This document shows, piece after piece, positions 37,641-52,500 of a stretch of DNA of 64,000 nucleotides. Each line of letters begins with the position of its first letter. Position 1 is the stretch's first letter. Made by a program: the position numbers and the translations under genes. The notes below the pieces were generated by a model. It was not told where the DNA came from and searched no databases. It saw nothing but the letters and a program-made list of their open reading frames with translations. Origin of the DNA: Paragordius varius (taxonomy: Eukaryota > Animalia > Nematomorpha); NCBI GenBank assembly GCA_964247055.1, contig OZ176051.1:10044001-10108000 (forward strand). The letters run 5' to 3'.

Positions 37641-38676
37641 AATCTATGAAAGTTTAAACATTGGCAAGCCAACCTGATCATAAAATTATTGCAAATCGAT
37701 AATAAGTGTTTTACAGGCAATTAATATTTAGCAAAACCATATTAAACTAATGAATAAATTTTTATCATAAAATAGTAGGATATTGGTTTTTAAGATTTGA
37801 CCAACTGATTCCGTTAAGTTTTAACTATCTAATTTCTCTAAGGAAAATCTCCATGAGATCCGCACATCGAATTAGATGGTTGTCATTTTTTATATATTTA
37901 TTTGACAAAAATGATTAAGTTATTATTCTCATGAATTGTTTTTCCATTATTTTTTCTTTAAAGGGCAAAAGCTACATAATAATCTAACATTGAATATCAT
38001 ATTATACTTAAAACTGGGTTTTTTAAAATACACCTATTAAAATTTTTATTGCAAGTTTAGATCAAAAATTAAGTTGCCCCAGTATAATAGTCATACAAAA
38101 TTAATATAACTATACGAGGGAAAATGTACCTAAATCATATGGAGGTAAAACCCATCAGTTATTGGTTATGATTTATGATTTCCAAAAATATATATACTCA
38201 ACCTATATTTTGAGCAATCTTAAAATATAACAAAGCCACTTTAAGCACCAAAATGAATAATCTATAAATTTAAATTAGATTGTTCATTTATAAATAAAAA
38301 TTTAATTAGCCTTTTATAATAACCCATTTATACACCTTAGTACTTTTAACTTTATCATAAAAATCATAGAATCCATCAAAATATTTTGTTAATGATAAGC
38401 TTGTAGTAGTTTATCTAATTATTTTGATTTATATATGGTCTGGGACTAGTTTTTCCAGTTTGATCAATGGATTAACAAAAAGTTCACAATGTTTTTCGAT
38501 TCAAATTGTATATATTAGCATAGGCTTTATGCTTTTCTAATGTGTACCAAAAATAAAAGCAGTAGAAGTTATGATTTAAAAAAATTAAATACATAATAAT
38601 TATTTAACACCTTTGTAACACAGACCGTGGATTCCTACAGAGTGTCCACAAAAACTTATTCCGTTTATAAATATTA

Positions 38677-38683
<7 letters not shown>

Positions 38684-38720
<37 letters not shown>
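38684..38720. repeat. (TA)n microsatellite
   Basis: ~18 TA units; similar tracts at 28663-28687 and 41702-41733. Confidence 0.9.
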
Positions 38721-38724
<4 letters not shown>

Positions 38725-38751
38725 AGCAAAATGTATCGATCTAAGAGTTAT

Positions 38752-39617
38752 TTACAATTTTGTGTAAGTGCCCCCATATCAGAAAATGATCGCATATATT
38801 TTATATAATTTTTTTGGTGAAAAATGATTCATTCCAAAACTTCATTAAATATCATACACAAAACATGTTCAAAAGTTTTATAATTAGATTTGGCCGAAAA
38901 CGTCGTTTTTTTCGCTTTTTATATTAGACCAGTTCTCTTAAATATACTCAAAGCCGAAATTGGGCAATATATATGTTAAATCTTGACAAAATTATATAAA
39001 AATGAATACTTTTGTAATATTTAATTTTAAGGAAATTTAATGATGCGTACATGTTAAAACAAATTGGTATAAAAACGCTTTAAGATTATATCTGCATAAC
39101 AATGTTTAAAAGTTCTATACCCTCAAAATGATTGAAATATTCGTTCGTCAACAAATTTATGTTAAATATAGATTAAAAAATTTACTAAAATCCCAAAGCA
39201 AAGGTACCTTTTAATTGAAGTGAAATATTTAGCAATATCGAATTATATGTATATATAAATCTAAAAGCGCTTTATACCTTTTCCATCATGCCCCGTAATA
39301 GTATGGAGTCGCATCAAACTTTGCTAAAAATTGAATATTTATTTTATATAAAATATTTTAATTGATATCAAAATTAGCATAATTTTTTTATAGCGCATTC
39401 TCGGTGTTTTTGCTTTTATTATAAGAATGCCCATTTAGATTAAAAAATTTCGACTTTCGGAGCCTATTTATAAAAATTAAATTAATATGGTTTAATTTTG
39501 CATATTTAGTTTATAGATTTATAGGGTATTTTTGGAATGACACAGTGTTCACCAAAACATATAAAAATGTGGCAAATTTTGTTTTTTAATACGCAGCACT
39601 TCTCACAAAAGTGTATT
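38752..39617. mobile_element. Degenerate MITE, ACCACTTTTGTG-type family
   Basis: TTACAATTTTGTG.AAGTG...CATATCAGAAAATG ... CACAAAAGTGTA termini, similar to 55929-56605. Confidence 0.5.
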
Positions 39618-40508
39618 TATTTTTTAAATTATTTGTTAGGTCAAAAGTTTAAGCACGATGATAGTTGATGCATTTTCCTATAAAAATGTATTTATTTTTC
39701 CCGATTTTGGTCGTAGTGTTAAAAATGAAAATGGCAACTATTATTTATATTGATTTTTTGATTTCCAAATTTTTCTACAATATTATTGTTAGAGAATGGA
39801 AATATAAAAAATTATTAATAATTATGTTTGGATCACTATTTGAAACTTGAAAAAGCGCCTCCCCCCCTTATATTTTAATTTAATAGGTCACAGTTCTAAA
39901 AAGAATCCGAGTCTTTTAGCGATAGATTTCAACAATTAGAAATCGATATTAAAAATCTATTATTGGAGTTTGATAACAGAGCGATCTATGAATTAAATAT
40001 CTTAAAAAGTAAAGCTATTAAGACGAATTTAAAAATATGCGTTTTAGCTTTTTAACCCATTATCACATTATTTAAAAAATTTAAAAATGTAAAAATTGTA
40101 AAAATCTTCATCTCAAACTTTTTTGCCGCCATTTTTATAAATTTTTTAAACCACTACAACAGGCAAATAAATGTTAATTGTGGTTAGAGAGTGTATATAT
40201 TATTATAAAAAGCTTTTCTACATTATACCAACAAAAACTTGATATTTTAATTTTAATTTTAGCTGTTACAAATGTGTTTTTACTACATGATAACAATTGA
40301 TAGTTAATTTTAACTAAAATAACTTTGAACTGTAGTATTTTTGCAAAATTGAGCTCCGAGATATAAAACTATCCCAAAAGATAATTTGCACAAAAATGTC
40401 AAAAGGTAATAAAGCGTTAAAACGCATTTATAAATGATATTAAACGCGCATACGATAATTTAAGGGATATAAAAGAGGGTTATAGTTAGATAATTGGTTT
40501 ATAAGTTA

Positions 40509-41649
40509 CTAGCGTAAATCTCGTGCTGCTACGCAGCCCGAGAAAGTCCTTCGGACTCCTGGGGAGAGAGGGGGGAAGGGGGGAGGTTTCGAAGTTTGGA
40601 TTTGAATGGGTCTACCGGTTTTCCGGCACCAGATCACAATTTTACATGAGGAATCAGTTTTTAGGGGGTAGCTCCTTACCCAGCGGCTATCATCAAAGAA
40701 ACGCCTGACTAAAATTTTTGCCTTTTAATAGGGAATGCGTTCCATATTGAATTTTTACGGTCTCATACCTAGGGCGAAAAATAGATTTAAAAAAATATTT
40801 TGTGGACTTTGTTTTTTGAAAAAAATGGCATTTTACGGGGGGAGCGGGTAAAAAGAGGGCCTAAATCAAAAAAGTGAGTCGACTATGTTTAGTGCGATCA
40901 AAAATAAGTAAACAAAAATCATATTTAAAATTGTATGGTCCAACACGTTCTCCAAAAAATTGACTTAACCCATTTTTCACACGGGGTAGGCCCGAACTGG
41001 GGACCTAATTCCGAAAAAATGCGAAGCTATTGTCGGGGCATTCATTAATGATTATATTTTTCGATGTTTAAATTTGATTGGGTTCACCGGTTCCGGAAAC
41101 AGATCACAAAGTTACATGAAAAATCGGTTTTTAGCGGGTAGCTCCTTACCCAGCAGCTATCATCATAGAAACGCTTGACTAAAATTTTTGCCTTTTAACA
41201 GGGAATACGTGGAATCCATATTGAATTTTTACGTCATACCTAGGGCGAAATATAGATTTAAATTATTTTTGTGGACTTTGTTTTTTGAAAAAAATGGCAT
41301 TTTACGGGGGTAGCGGGTCAAAAGAGGGCCTAAATCGAAAAATGAAGTCGACTATGTTCAGCGCGATCAAAAATAAGTAAACAAAAATTATATTTGAAAT
41401 TGAATGTTCCAACACGTTCTCCAGAAAATTGTCTCAAAAACACGATTTTTGTGGACTTCTGTTTTCAAAAAAAACCGTTTTTCACACGGGGTGGGCCCGA
41501 ACTGGGGGCCTATTTCAAAAAAGGGCGAAGCTATTGTCGGGGCATTCATTAATGATTATATTTTTTCGAAGTTTGGATTTGAATGGGTCTACCGGTTTTC
41601 CTGTACCAGATCACAAAGCCAGGATTTTCCATTTTTATAAATATATAGA
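40509..41649 (-). mobile_element. Non-autonomous Helitron with internal ~470-505-bp tandem duplication
   Basis: Minus strand starts 5'-TCTATATAT (41649) and ends CTAG-3' (40509), between A and T; GC hairpin CGTGCTGC-TAC-GCAGCCCG ~10 nt from the CTAG end; internal units start at 40588, 41060 and 41565. Confidence 0.8.
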
Positions 41650-41696
41650 TAACAACTAATATATTATATTTTATAATAATCATTTCAAAATATTAT

Positions 41697-41736
<40 letters not shown>

Positions 41737-42139
41737 TTTAAGCACAAAGTTTGGCATTTGTTAAAATTGCAGATTTATTTTTATAGTTGCCCTAATCCAA
41801 ATATGGCATTGATTTATATAAAAATATTGTGTTGTTATTATAGTTGCAAATGGGCTCATGTTTAATTGATTTAACCCCAAAACTACTTCAAAGATTAAAC
41901 AACACTAATGTAGCACAAACAACCCAGCTAGGCGGCTGTCACCGAACCACCATGTGGTGTATGGAGGGACAGCAAGGGACGTCTTTTGAGGACAGTGGCT
42001 ACCTGGGTCTGCTACACCCTTTTCTTGATACACCTCGAGAAATGTTTTATACTAAATATGCTGATTTATTTAGTCAAGACTAGTATCGTAATTTTAATAT
42101 TTTAGTTTTTGTCCATGCAAATTAGTTAATAGTACATGT

Positions 42140-42430
42140 TTTTATACACAGCAAAAATAGAAATGCTAGGTAATCATTTTTTTAAGGTCGGTTAACCTTT
42201 ACTATTTCAAACCGTAATAGAGACCATAATAGAATTAAAACCGTACATTGTGTACTGTAAAAGGTTGATTGCCTCAAATTTATCATTTTTTATATTTTAA
42301 TAATTATCCGCAATTCAATAATATTTAGAAATGTATTTCATGTGGCTCTATCCATTTATTCTGGCACAACTGAGTATTTATTTGAGAGCACTTTTGTAAA
42401 ATTCACAGTTAAAAAAGTTAACATTAAATA
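42140..42430. other. Non-coding block upstream of paralogue B, conserved with 15700-15950
   Basis: Same colinear motifs as 15700-15950. Confidence 0.7.
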
Positions 42431-42492
42431 CATTTTACTCATATAATTATATAAGAAAAGTGAATTAACTTCTTAAAAATGACAAAGAAAGA

Positions 42493-43082
42493 TATTACCA
42501 CTTTTGTAGTATTTGCTTCATATCAGAAACTGGCAAAATTTAGGAAAACAAAATGCTTGATTTGATCAAATTATAAAAAGCAAAATGATATAATTCATAC
42601 ACGTCTGCTTCAGAGATCGAATTTTAGTCCTCCAATATGGGCAAGATTTATTATGAACGCATAGATGCTGATGCATAAGATTTTTAGAAAAAAAAGATAT
42701 TTTGCTAAAAAATTAAATAGCAGAGTTTTGTTAACGCAAGATTTTAATTTCAATGGTGATTTATGATCAAAAAATGACTTAATTTAGTAGATATTTTGTT
42801 AAATATGGTAATAACCACATCGAGAAGGCGTTTTTATAATATTTTGCAACGTTTTTTATTTCCACCATATATTATAACATTTTGCCTTTATGATAGTAAC
42901 CCATTTTAGGCGTAAAAAATTTGAATCTTCTGAAGCCCAAATCTAAAAATTTTATTTAAATATTATTTCTCGTTATAGATTTTGATATATATGATATTTT
43001 TCGGAATAAAAAATTTAGCTTTATTAAATTTTTTACCAAAATGTGCGTTAGATATGGAGCATTCACCGCAAAGGTGGTAATA
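42493..43082. mobile_element. MITE, ACCACTTTTGTG-type TIR family
   Basis: TATTACCACTTTTGT ... GCAAAGGTGGTAATA termini; same position relative to gene B (~420 bp upstream) as 17099-18502 relative to gene A. Confidence 0.65.
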
Positions 43083-43500
43083 ATTTCCCTATATTACTCA
43101 TACGAAAAACACCATTTTAGCCCTGATATATTTTTAGATATTTCATCAAGATATTTTTTATAACTTCTTAGATATGCACTCTGTTGGGTAGCTATAATTC
43201 AACTAAATTTTTCTATTCATTTTTAAAAATCTTAACTCTGAGTCGATGAAAGTTTTGTTGAAATGATAATCCAAATACCAATCTTATGTTAAACTCATTT
43301 TAAAGAGATATTTTAGACTTAGCATATTTTATTAATTTTTGGTCAAATATTTTTGAATCGAATGGTTACAAGTCTTATAGAATAACTGAGGTGTTTTCAA
43401 TTATTTATTTTAATACCACTTAATGTGCGAAAAAAATGCGTTTGGATTTTGGCTTATAAACAAAATTATTTTTTTACAGTATAAAAAATTTATTGTTTAG

Positions 43501-46500
43501 GTTTTGCCTCTTTCCAACCATTTAACAATACCACCAGTAATATTTAGCATTCTCAAAATTTAAATATTTAACTATTTTATTTATTAAGCAGTCAAAAATG
43601 CTACATTGTTTGATTCGAGTAATGCGAAAATTAATAATTTATAGGGGACAAACCATATATATTCGTTTTTAATGTAACACAAAGTAAAATTTTTTGAATA
43701 AATAATATTTTTAGGCAGGAGAAACGTTTCGACTCAGGTTTTACCAGAATACATCTTTTTTCAATTTATCATTTATTTTTATTGAATATTTTGCTTATAT
43801 TTTTTAGAATTCAGTCAGGATCTATCAACCAAGAGAAAATAGATATGTACCGATGCCACAATCAACTTTTTCATCAGAAACGGGTTCTGTCGCAAAGAGT
43901 GATAAAATAATAATTTATTATCAAAAAAAATCATGACATTAATGTTGTAACATCTATTATATAGGTGTTGCTCTTGGGGGTATAATAATTGCATTCACCA
44001 TTCAATGAATAATATATTATTTTTTGTATTTACCGAAAATAGCTGTAATAGGGGCAGCAGGTATGTATTTTAATTCTGTTTATCATATTCAATCCATTTG
44101 CAACAGTGTATACAATATCATGTTTTAATTTCTCTCATATAGGTGGATTAGGTAAAATCATTTATATGCATTATATAAACTTTGCAAATATAACAATTTT
44201 GTCAAAAGGAATTCTGGTGGGAGAAGGCACTTCATCTGCATCAGCAGGAGCAGGCGCGGCCCAGGCAGCAAGTAATGTGGCTCAAGAAGCAGCTGATGTC
44301 GTTCAAGAAACAGTGAGTAATGTGGCGCAACCCATGGAAGCAACAGATTCTGGGCCTTCTACATCCGCTTCTAGTAAAATATTATCATATTCGTTTTAAA
44401 TTTGTAAAAAGAGAGACTGTTACGACGGGAAAACCGTTTTTATACATTGATAAATTTATCAGATGTATTGCGTATTATAACATTGTTTCATATAATCAAT
44501 TAAGTGGATTGTATACTTTGTTTTTTCCCTGATGGATATAAGAATTATGTATGAAATCGGAATATTCGCAATTTGAGGAGATTTTAGTTTTCACAAATGA
44601 ATTATTTTTGTATTATTTGTATTTGGATGTCCAAAATCTTTGTTAATTTAAACGTGTTTGTTGTTGGCTATCATTGAATCGTAAATGACCTTTTGGATAA
44701 ATTGTTCTTTGATTTTCACTCTATCTTTTACAGCTATATTCAAATCTTTCAATGTGATGGTTTCCTCTCAGATCATGTCCCACCTCATCTGTGGTAGGTC
44801 TTGTTTTCCTTACCTATCTAATTTTTCAAATTTTTCGAGAAATTAGACCCCATAATATGACCAAAATATATTAAAATATTTTTAAATTACACCAGCATCT
44901 CCTTTCAATAATAATTTTCTTGTTTCTTTATTAAAATGATTGGTTCCTTATATATAGAACCAACAGCGATCATTAGAACATCAGCGCTTGACAGACAAAA
45001 AAATTCTATCTTGAAAGGGGCTAGAAAAGGGTATCACTTTTACTCTTTGTTGAATATGTGCACACAAATGATAATGAGAAAGTTAGATGGTAAGCTTAAC
45101 CCCAAAACTAAAATATCTGGAGAAAAGCTGCAATTGTTAAGATAAGAGATAAAATATCTAATCAATGAACCTTTTTGGGTGCTGAATTTATGAGCATAGA
45201 TTCCACTCTTGATATCAAAAAATATTAGGATTTAGTTGGACGGCGATTACCATACTAATAACACAACTTTACTCGATTGTTTGGTTGTTCCAATTACCAC
45301 ATAGAGGACTGAGAACTAATTTTTTTATAGTTTTAGTTTAATTGATAAGGACCGAAAATGTCTAACGGCATAAACTGTAACAATCACTTACCCGGGCCAA
45401 ATAATGGCAATGTTCATTTTTCTTCGTTTTAACTACTATAAACTAATGGCTGCCTATTATGAAATTTATATGATTTAAAATAAATGCATGTAACAAAATC
45501 TCACCATAGTTTTTTTATTTAAACCCCAAATCGTCACAAAAATACGAAAAGGTAATAAATACAATGTTGCGAATATTTTCTTAAAAAAAATATATCTATA
45601 CATTTGTATCCACATGTGTTGTAATAAAGACAATAATGGTCAATTTTTTTACTATATTAATTTTCTCTTAATTTTAGGTGCGTCGACCTATGGTTAATTT
45701 TCCCAGTTAATGTATAGAGGATGCACTTAATCAACCAGGTCCATCAGGGGTCTCTCAAAATATTGCGACGAGTATTTATTGTTTTTAATACTGTGACAGG
45801 AAACCAACGCGAAATGTCAATAAGTGAATGTAAGTTTTTATTCATATTCTTATTTATGTATCTTATTTAAAAATTATGCGTACATAAATTTGTCAATATC
45901 TTTGGAATGGTAGTTTAGCATAACACCATTTTTACCATTTATAAAAAGTGTAAACAACGTAAAAATATTACAAAATGCTAATATAAATGAAATATTGAGT
46001 GATCGAGACTGTGAGTGGGGATAAATATATGGGTTATCATCCGCATAGCAACCTTTTTTAAAAGATATAAAAATTAATTTTAATATTTAAATATTTATGA
46101 TAATCTTATAAATTAAAAAAAGCAATCATAGTGTGGGTAATGATAACTTTTTTAAATCATTTTATCCTAGGCCCTCATTCAAAAATTAGATAAATTTATA
46201 ATTCTCAGCATGAGCTAAATTTAGATAAGTTATATTTATCTTTTAAAAAGTCCTGACGGAGGGTATTTACAGTGGGGAGCTACAAAGTATACACATAAAT
46301 TTAGTCAAGTTAAAAATTGAGTGCTAAATTTAAACCTATTAAATGAATATTAAACTGTTAAGATTTTTGGAGCGCTCCTAGTGTAAAATTAGAAAAATAT
46401 ATTAGATATTATAATTAATATATATGTCAAGACATACATATCATTTTTTTCTCAAAACTTTAATATGAAATTTAAATTATAACGTAGCCGATGATGAAGG

Positions 46501-49500
46501 TATTGTTTGATCCATAATACGTAATAGTATTTCAATTGGCCCAAGAAGGTATGTCTTATATATATATATAATATTGCAAAGTATTAAGATAATTATAAAA
46601 AGGAAATAAGTTGTAATGTGAAAAATTGATTTGGCTCTTAATTATTTGTTAAACAATAATTATTTAACGATCAAACTTGGGTGGTGTATGTAAGGCGCCC
46701 CAAATTGTTTGCTGAATCTTATGTGATGTTTTATTATTGGGGGAGTAAGAGTGCCAATGATTTATAGTGGATGTATTTGTTCTAGGTGCGCAATTTGAAA
46801 TTTATAAAAATGGAGAATGTTAAAAATACACCATATTTATAAATATTATTAATAACACTTTTATTTGAAATAACGGTTCAACGTAAAAACAATACATTGC
46901 TTGTTTTCCTTTAATTGCTAGACATAAACAGTAAAAAGAATTTTTATAAATTTATAACAAGAAACATTTTTCTCATTGAGTCTGGTATCTGTCAATAATT
47001 AATGAAACTAGCAATGCATATTTACTAACAATTTTCTAAAATAAACTATATAAAACTCTAAAATTATATATATCACGTGCGAAATTATAGTAGAAACATT
47101 GGCAATACAACCAGAAGTCGAAATTGGTATTATCAAAATCATAATATCGAGCCCGTGAACTAATGGATCTCATGAGTATAATATACCTTAAATTTAACCT
47201 ATTTTAATAAAAATTAAGTAATTTTGAATGGGCCCTTTTTGTTTCGAACTTCCCAGATATACCAGGTGTTTTCATAAGTTTTTACCGATTTGTGAAAAAA
47301 TTGTGATGTGAAAGAAAATGAATTATTTGCTTTATTTAAAATAGACGGCTTTTAACAACTCATCTCTCTGGTAATATATGAATACCGGACCAGAAATACT
47401 GATTAAATTTTGCGGGAATCCATTCCTCACGCCATTTTCTAACGTCTTCAAAATTAATGAAGTATTGTGCTAGATGAGCCCCATTGATGTGAAAATAGTC
47501 AGATGTATCAGGTGAGTTTAGCGGCGGTAAAAATTCTCAACAGAGCGTAAGGTATTCCCTGATTTTGTGCAATACGGAGCATTTTATTTAGCAAAGTGTT
47601 GCCATATCTCATTCCGGTAAAAGTTAATAATAACGCTCTGGTCCCATAAGAAACAGAGCATGGTTTTTTGCCGAAGCGATTTGGCCTTAATGTGGATGAA
47701 GGTCTTGTTAAGATAAAAAAGACAATTTTTGCTTTGGGTCAAAATAAACCCACTCTTCATCATGACTATTCGATAAATGATTTTTGTGACCTTAAAGCAA
47801 GGTTTCACAAGTCACCAGGCGATCCCAATTTGACGTTCATTGAAATTATGTGAAACGCATTTACCGGGTAAATTGGTCTTTCGCATTGCTCGTAGTCACT
47901 GTTGATTGATTTTTGTATTAGTTTGAGTTGGTCATCATCCAATAACTCTTGCACTTTAGCAGTCTTGTGGTTCACCAGATGACCCACACTCTTTCAAATG
48001 ATTTACAACTTTTAATAATCTGCATGTTTCAACGTTATAGTCGATAGAGTATGTTAACCATCTGCTAGCAATCGATAACCTGACACATCCGTTTTAATTT
48101 GATGGCCATGCGCTACGCAAATGTTTCTTTAAGGCAAATTCGACATGAATGAACAAAAATAAATCGCTAGTTTTTGGCCAACTTAGGCGTGTGTATCGTT
48201 TAATATCAGATGAACGAATTAAAGAACGTATTTAATTAATTGTCTGCATACTTTTTCTGACGTCTTCTCTTTCTAAACCGATTATAACTAATTCACCAGG
48301 TAATTAGGGATAAAAACTTCAACCTCAATATTTTTCTTTACGAGACATTGCGGCCTCCAATGATAATTTTCGACGATGTTTCTTGTAATACCCATTTATA
48401 TTTCTAAGTAAAATTGCACAACAAAAAATGATGGAATAATTGCCTAAGTTATAAAAAAAATCTGTTTATATGTTGCGTTATGCCGCCCTCAAGTTTTGGT
48501 TTCAGGGGTACACATTCATTTTCATAGAGCCACCGCTTAATCTAACCTTAAAAATATTTAAACATATACCTATCTCTTTTATAATTTTCCGTTTTATTTT
48601 TCAAATATCAATTTGCCACAAATAGTCACCAAATCTACATTTTTTCCTCTTTAGTTAGTCACCAATTACAGACAGGTAATCTAATCAATTTCAAATAATT
48701 ATTTTAGCGATTAGCAGACTAATTACAAGTAATTACATAAAATTTTCATATTTGGATGATTTTTGTAAAAAAATTATTATAACATTAGATGCACAAAGAC
48801 TTAGCGATAGTAAACCATAAATTTATTAAAATAATAATTATTAAAATTAAACTAGGTGCAGGAATATATTCAGAGAGTAAAAAAATTAATTTTATAGATT
48901 AGTGACTCAAATTCTTGCAAATTGTATAATATTTGTTTTTTACTAATTTAATTTATAAACATAATATAGTTTTAGAGTCACCCAGTATATGATTAGAAAT
49001 AATGAATAGATATAAGAATCCCTAATGTAATTCGAGGTATTATTAAAGTTTAATTATATAGCCATAAGGAGAACAAGTATCGAACACCATTTTTTTATAA
49101 GTATATTGATTTTTGGGCAACTGTTTATTTTCAGGAGGATCATATGTTTAAAACTAATTGTATTGTATTAGATATGCTAGTGTGCATTTACCTTTAATTA
49201 GATGTCTTAATATTATATTGTATTTATAAGAAATGTAATGATCAATCAAAGACGAGGAGATATAGGAATAACAATAATTGCTTAATAACGATTTTATCTC
49301 ATTTTATAATTTTTAGATTTTCTGGATGGTAATATTTATTTAAGTTTCAAGGATCACGTGCCCACATGGAGGGTATTGTATTGATTTTGATATATTCGAC
49401 TAGAATTAAGAAAAATGCTTGATGGTATGAATTTTTTATTTACCGTAATTATAAGAAAAATGTCAAAAATAGGCGGATATCATACTGAGTTTTAAGCAAA

Positions 49501-52500
49501 AAATCAAAATTTTAAACCGCAAGCGAGATTTTCCAAACATGTCTTTAAAATGGCGAAACAGAACCTAAACATTTGACATACATAGAGAGTCTAATTAAAT
49601 TGATCACATCGTCTTAGTTAACATTTAAATAAATAGGTTTAAAAACTACAAATTTCTTGAATAAATCAATTAATTACTTTTTAACATAATAAAAAATTTT
49701 GGGTGATAAAATATAAATTATTATGAAATTTTGTTTAATTAGCAAGTTCATTATCTGCTATCTTTTGTATTACACACCCTAATAAATCAAAAAATCGGTT
49801 TTGAGATATTATTTATATATACTTATTAGATATGGTTACAAGTTTTGACGGTAAATATTTAATATTATTATTATGACTATTCCACACCAATTTGTAAAAA
49901 AACAAGGCTATAAATCCGAGACATTCACAACGATTGCTTTTATGTATTCTAATTATTATATAAATTTTATATCCTTTTAAAAATTTTGTGGTCAACGAAT
50001 GTAAATTATCTAACACTAAAATTTTTAGGATATGCATTTTATATGTATTATAGGCTCGCTCATAATAATGGAAAAAAATTTTAATTCTCCAAAATTTATA
50101 TTAATATTATATATCACATTCGAAACTTTTAAATTTGGACTTTGTTGAATTGACAAAAATCTAAAATATTTCATAATTTCAGATGTAGTTCAACTTGATA
50201 AATAGTTATATTGTCCGGTCTATTAAAAAATTTATGCCAAAATTTGACGGCAAATATTTGAAATGAGGTTAAGGCGATGTTAATTTCAAAATATTTTTAA
50301 GCAATAAACACCTAAGCATAATGTGATATCGTGCCAAATTTATAAATTTTATGGCAGCGCCATATAAAAATATTTCAAATAATGAAAAAAAAGACTGATT
50401 TTAAATTATCAGCCACCATATATATTATTGGAGTTTTTGCTGGCGGAAAATCATCGGTTTTATATTAATATAAATTAATTTTAATAAAAATTGGTTGTCG
50501 CGTTTTAGCATATATTTTTGCTATTTCATACATGTATTTTGGCCAGTTTCTCTTGTTAGTGAAAATCTACTGTTGTAATCATAGCTTCACTTATTAGACA
50601 AATTATTGATCCATTATGTTTTGCAACTACTGAGTCTTATGAAACCCTCTATTTTTGCCTTCATCAGCTGTTAATAAAAATTTTATTAAGCATATATTGG
50701 CTATTATTTTGAGGAGTATTTTACTGTTCTTATTGCTGTAAAAATTTCGAACGCATTACGTGATCACCATAACTTTTGTATTCGTTTCCATTTCCAACTC
50801 CTGATAAGTACTATTATTATTATATTGATAAGACCAACAATAGTGCTTTTAGTTAAACATTTTGACAATAATTTTTCGCTAATTATTGTTAAATTTTGCA
50901 GTTTGTTTTACTTAGATTTTGATGCTATTTAAAAGAGCTAACTTATGCTAAAATGCTTTCGATCCTACATTTATTAATTTAATGCTATAAGATACAGCGC
51001 AATATGTATCTATCATTTAAAAGTGAACAGTTAAAAAAATGTCATGGAATTTATATTTTGAAACCGAAGTTGTTTAAAATTTTAATTACTAGTCTGTTAA
51101 AATAGGGATCAAATGATATCATATTTATACGCAAATTATATTTTCCCAAGCAGTTCTTTACCTTCAAAATGTGAAATACTCTAAAGAGGATAATTAAAAA
51201 ACGTTTTTATTAACATTTTCATGGATAACAAACTACTCTATATTGTATAAATAAAATTATTCCAAGCGTTAATTATATTTTATGAACACATTTATTTTCT
51301 ATAAAATAGTAATGGAACAAATGGTTATTGGTATGATATAATAATCAAATTTGTTTTAAAAATACTGTAGTTTATTCTTTTGTATAAAATTTTACCTATA
51401 AATTGCAGAGGAGAGCTTACATATTAATGGTAAGTATTTTTGAATAAATAATTTTATCAAAGTTTTATTATGCACTTTACTATATAATACATTTATAAAA
51501 ATTAACTGGAGCGGTTGAAGTTTTATGCATTTTAATGATGGCTTATTTTAAACTATAGTTGAGCAATTCGCACTATAATAGTGTATGGAAAAAAAACAAA
51601 ATATTGAATAAAATAAACAGAGTATATAAAGAAAGGAAAAAATTGTTTATTCAACATTTTGTTGTTTATTCCATATACTAATAATAATTACATTATATGA
51701 TATCACTCTTTCGAGCGGTCATACCCGTAAACTATTTCGCCATAGAACCCTGTCTAAGGCGTCTTCGCGTTTTAGGTTCAGTTTTGCCATGTCCCTCTTA
51801 ACTGTATTTATCCATCGCGTTTTAGGGCGCCCTTTCCCCTCTTGCCTTTCACAATATAATCATCAATCTTTTTACCAATGTAATTATTATCTCTTCTTTC
51901 AACATGTGTAACCATCTTAAACGACTTACCATCATCTTTTGCGTTACCGGTTTGATTTCCGTACTTCCTCTTATGCAGACATTCTTCACCTTGACATTCC
52001 TCGTTAGACTGCACATCAATCTAAACATTCTCATTTCAGTAACCTCAAAGTGCCTCTCTTCTGATTTCTTTATTGCCCATGTCTGTGAGTTGTACATCAT
52101 TGTTGGTTGTACATCAGTACTGTAAATCTTACCCTTTACTTTAGGGTCAATGTTTTTGTCGCACAAAACACTTGAGACCTTTTTATAATTTGCCCAACTA
52201 TTTCGAATTCTTAAATTAATATCAAGTGTTAAAGAATCATTTACTGCTAATATCGCTCGTAAATATTTGCATTCCTCCTGACCTTTTAATACCCACCCTT
52301 CTTCTTGTTCTATTTCTCGTTTTTTCCCGCCAAAATTTATCAGTTCCGTTTTCTTTTTATTAACTTTTAATCCGCATCGTCGTAACACATCAATCCATTT
52401 ACTCACCAATTCTTTTAATTCATGCAACTCGTCGGACAGCACTATTAGGTCGTCTGCATAAAAAAATTAGCAGCCATCATGTTGCCCTACTTCTTTTGAA

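Noticed and set aside
40523-41659. ORFs 40523-40708, 41404-41640 and 41429-41659
   Set aside because: They lie in the Helitron tandem units, are not kept between units and show no Rep/helicase motifs.
44106-44399. ORF-track ORFs 44106-44399 and 19610-19801 as stand-alone small genes
   Set aside because: They are the 165-nt exon plus read-through into flanking introns; the conserved AG/GT boundaries place them in the multi-exon genes.
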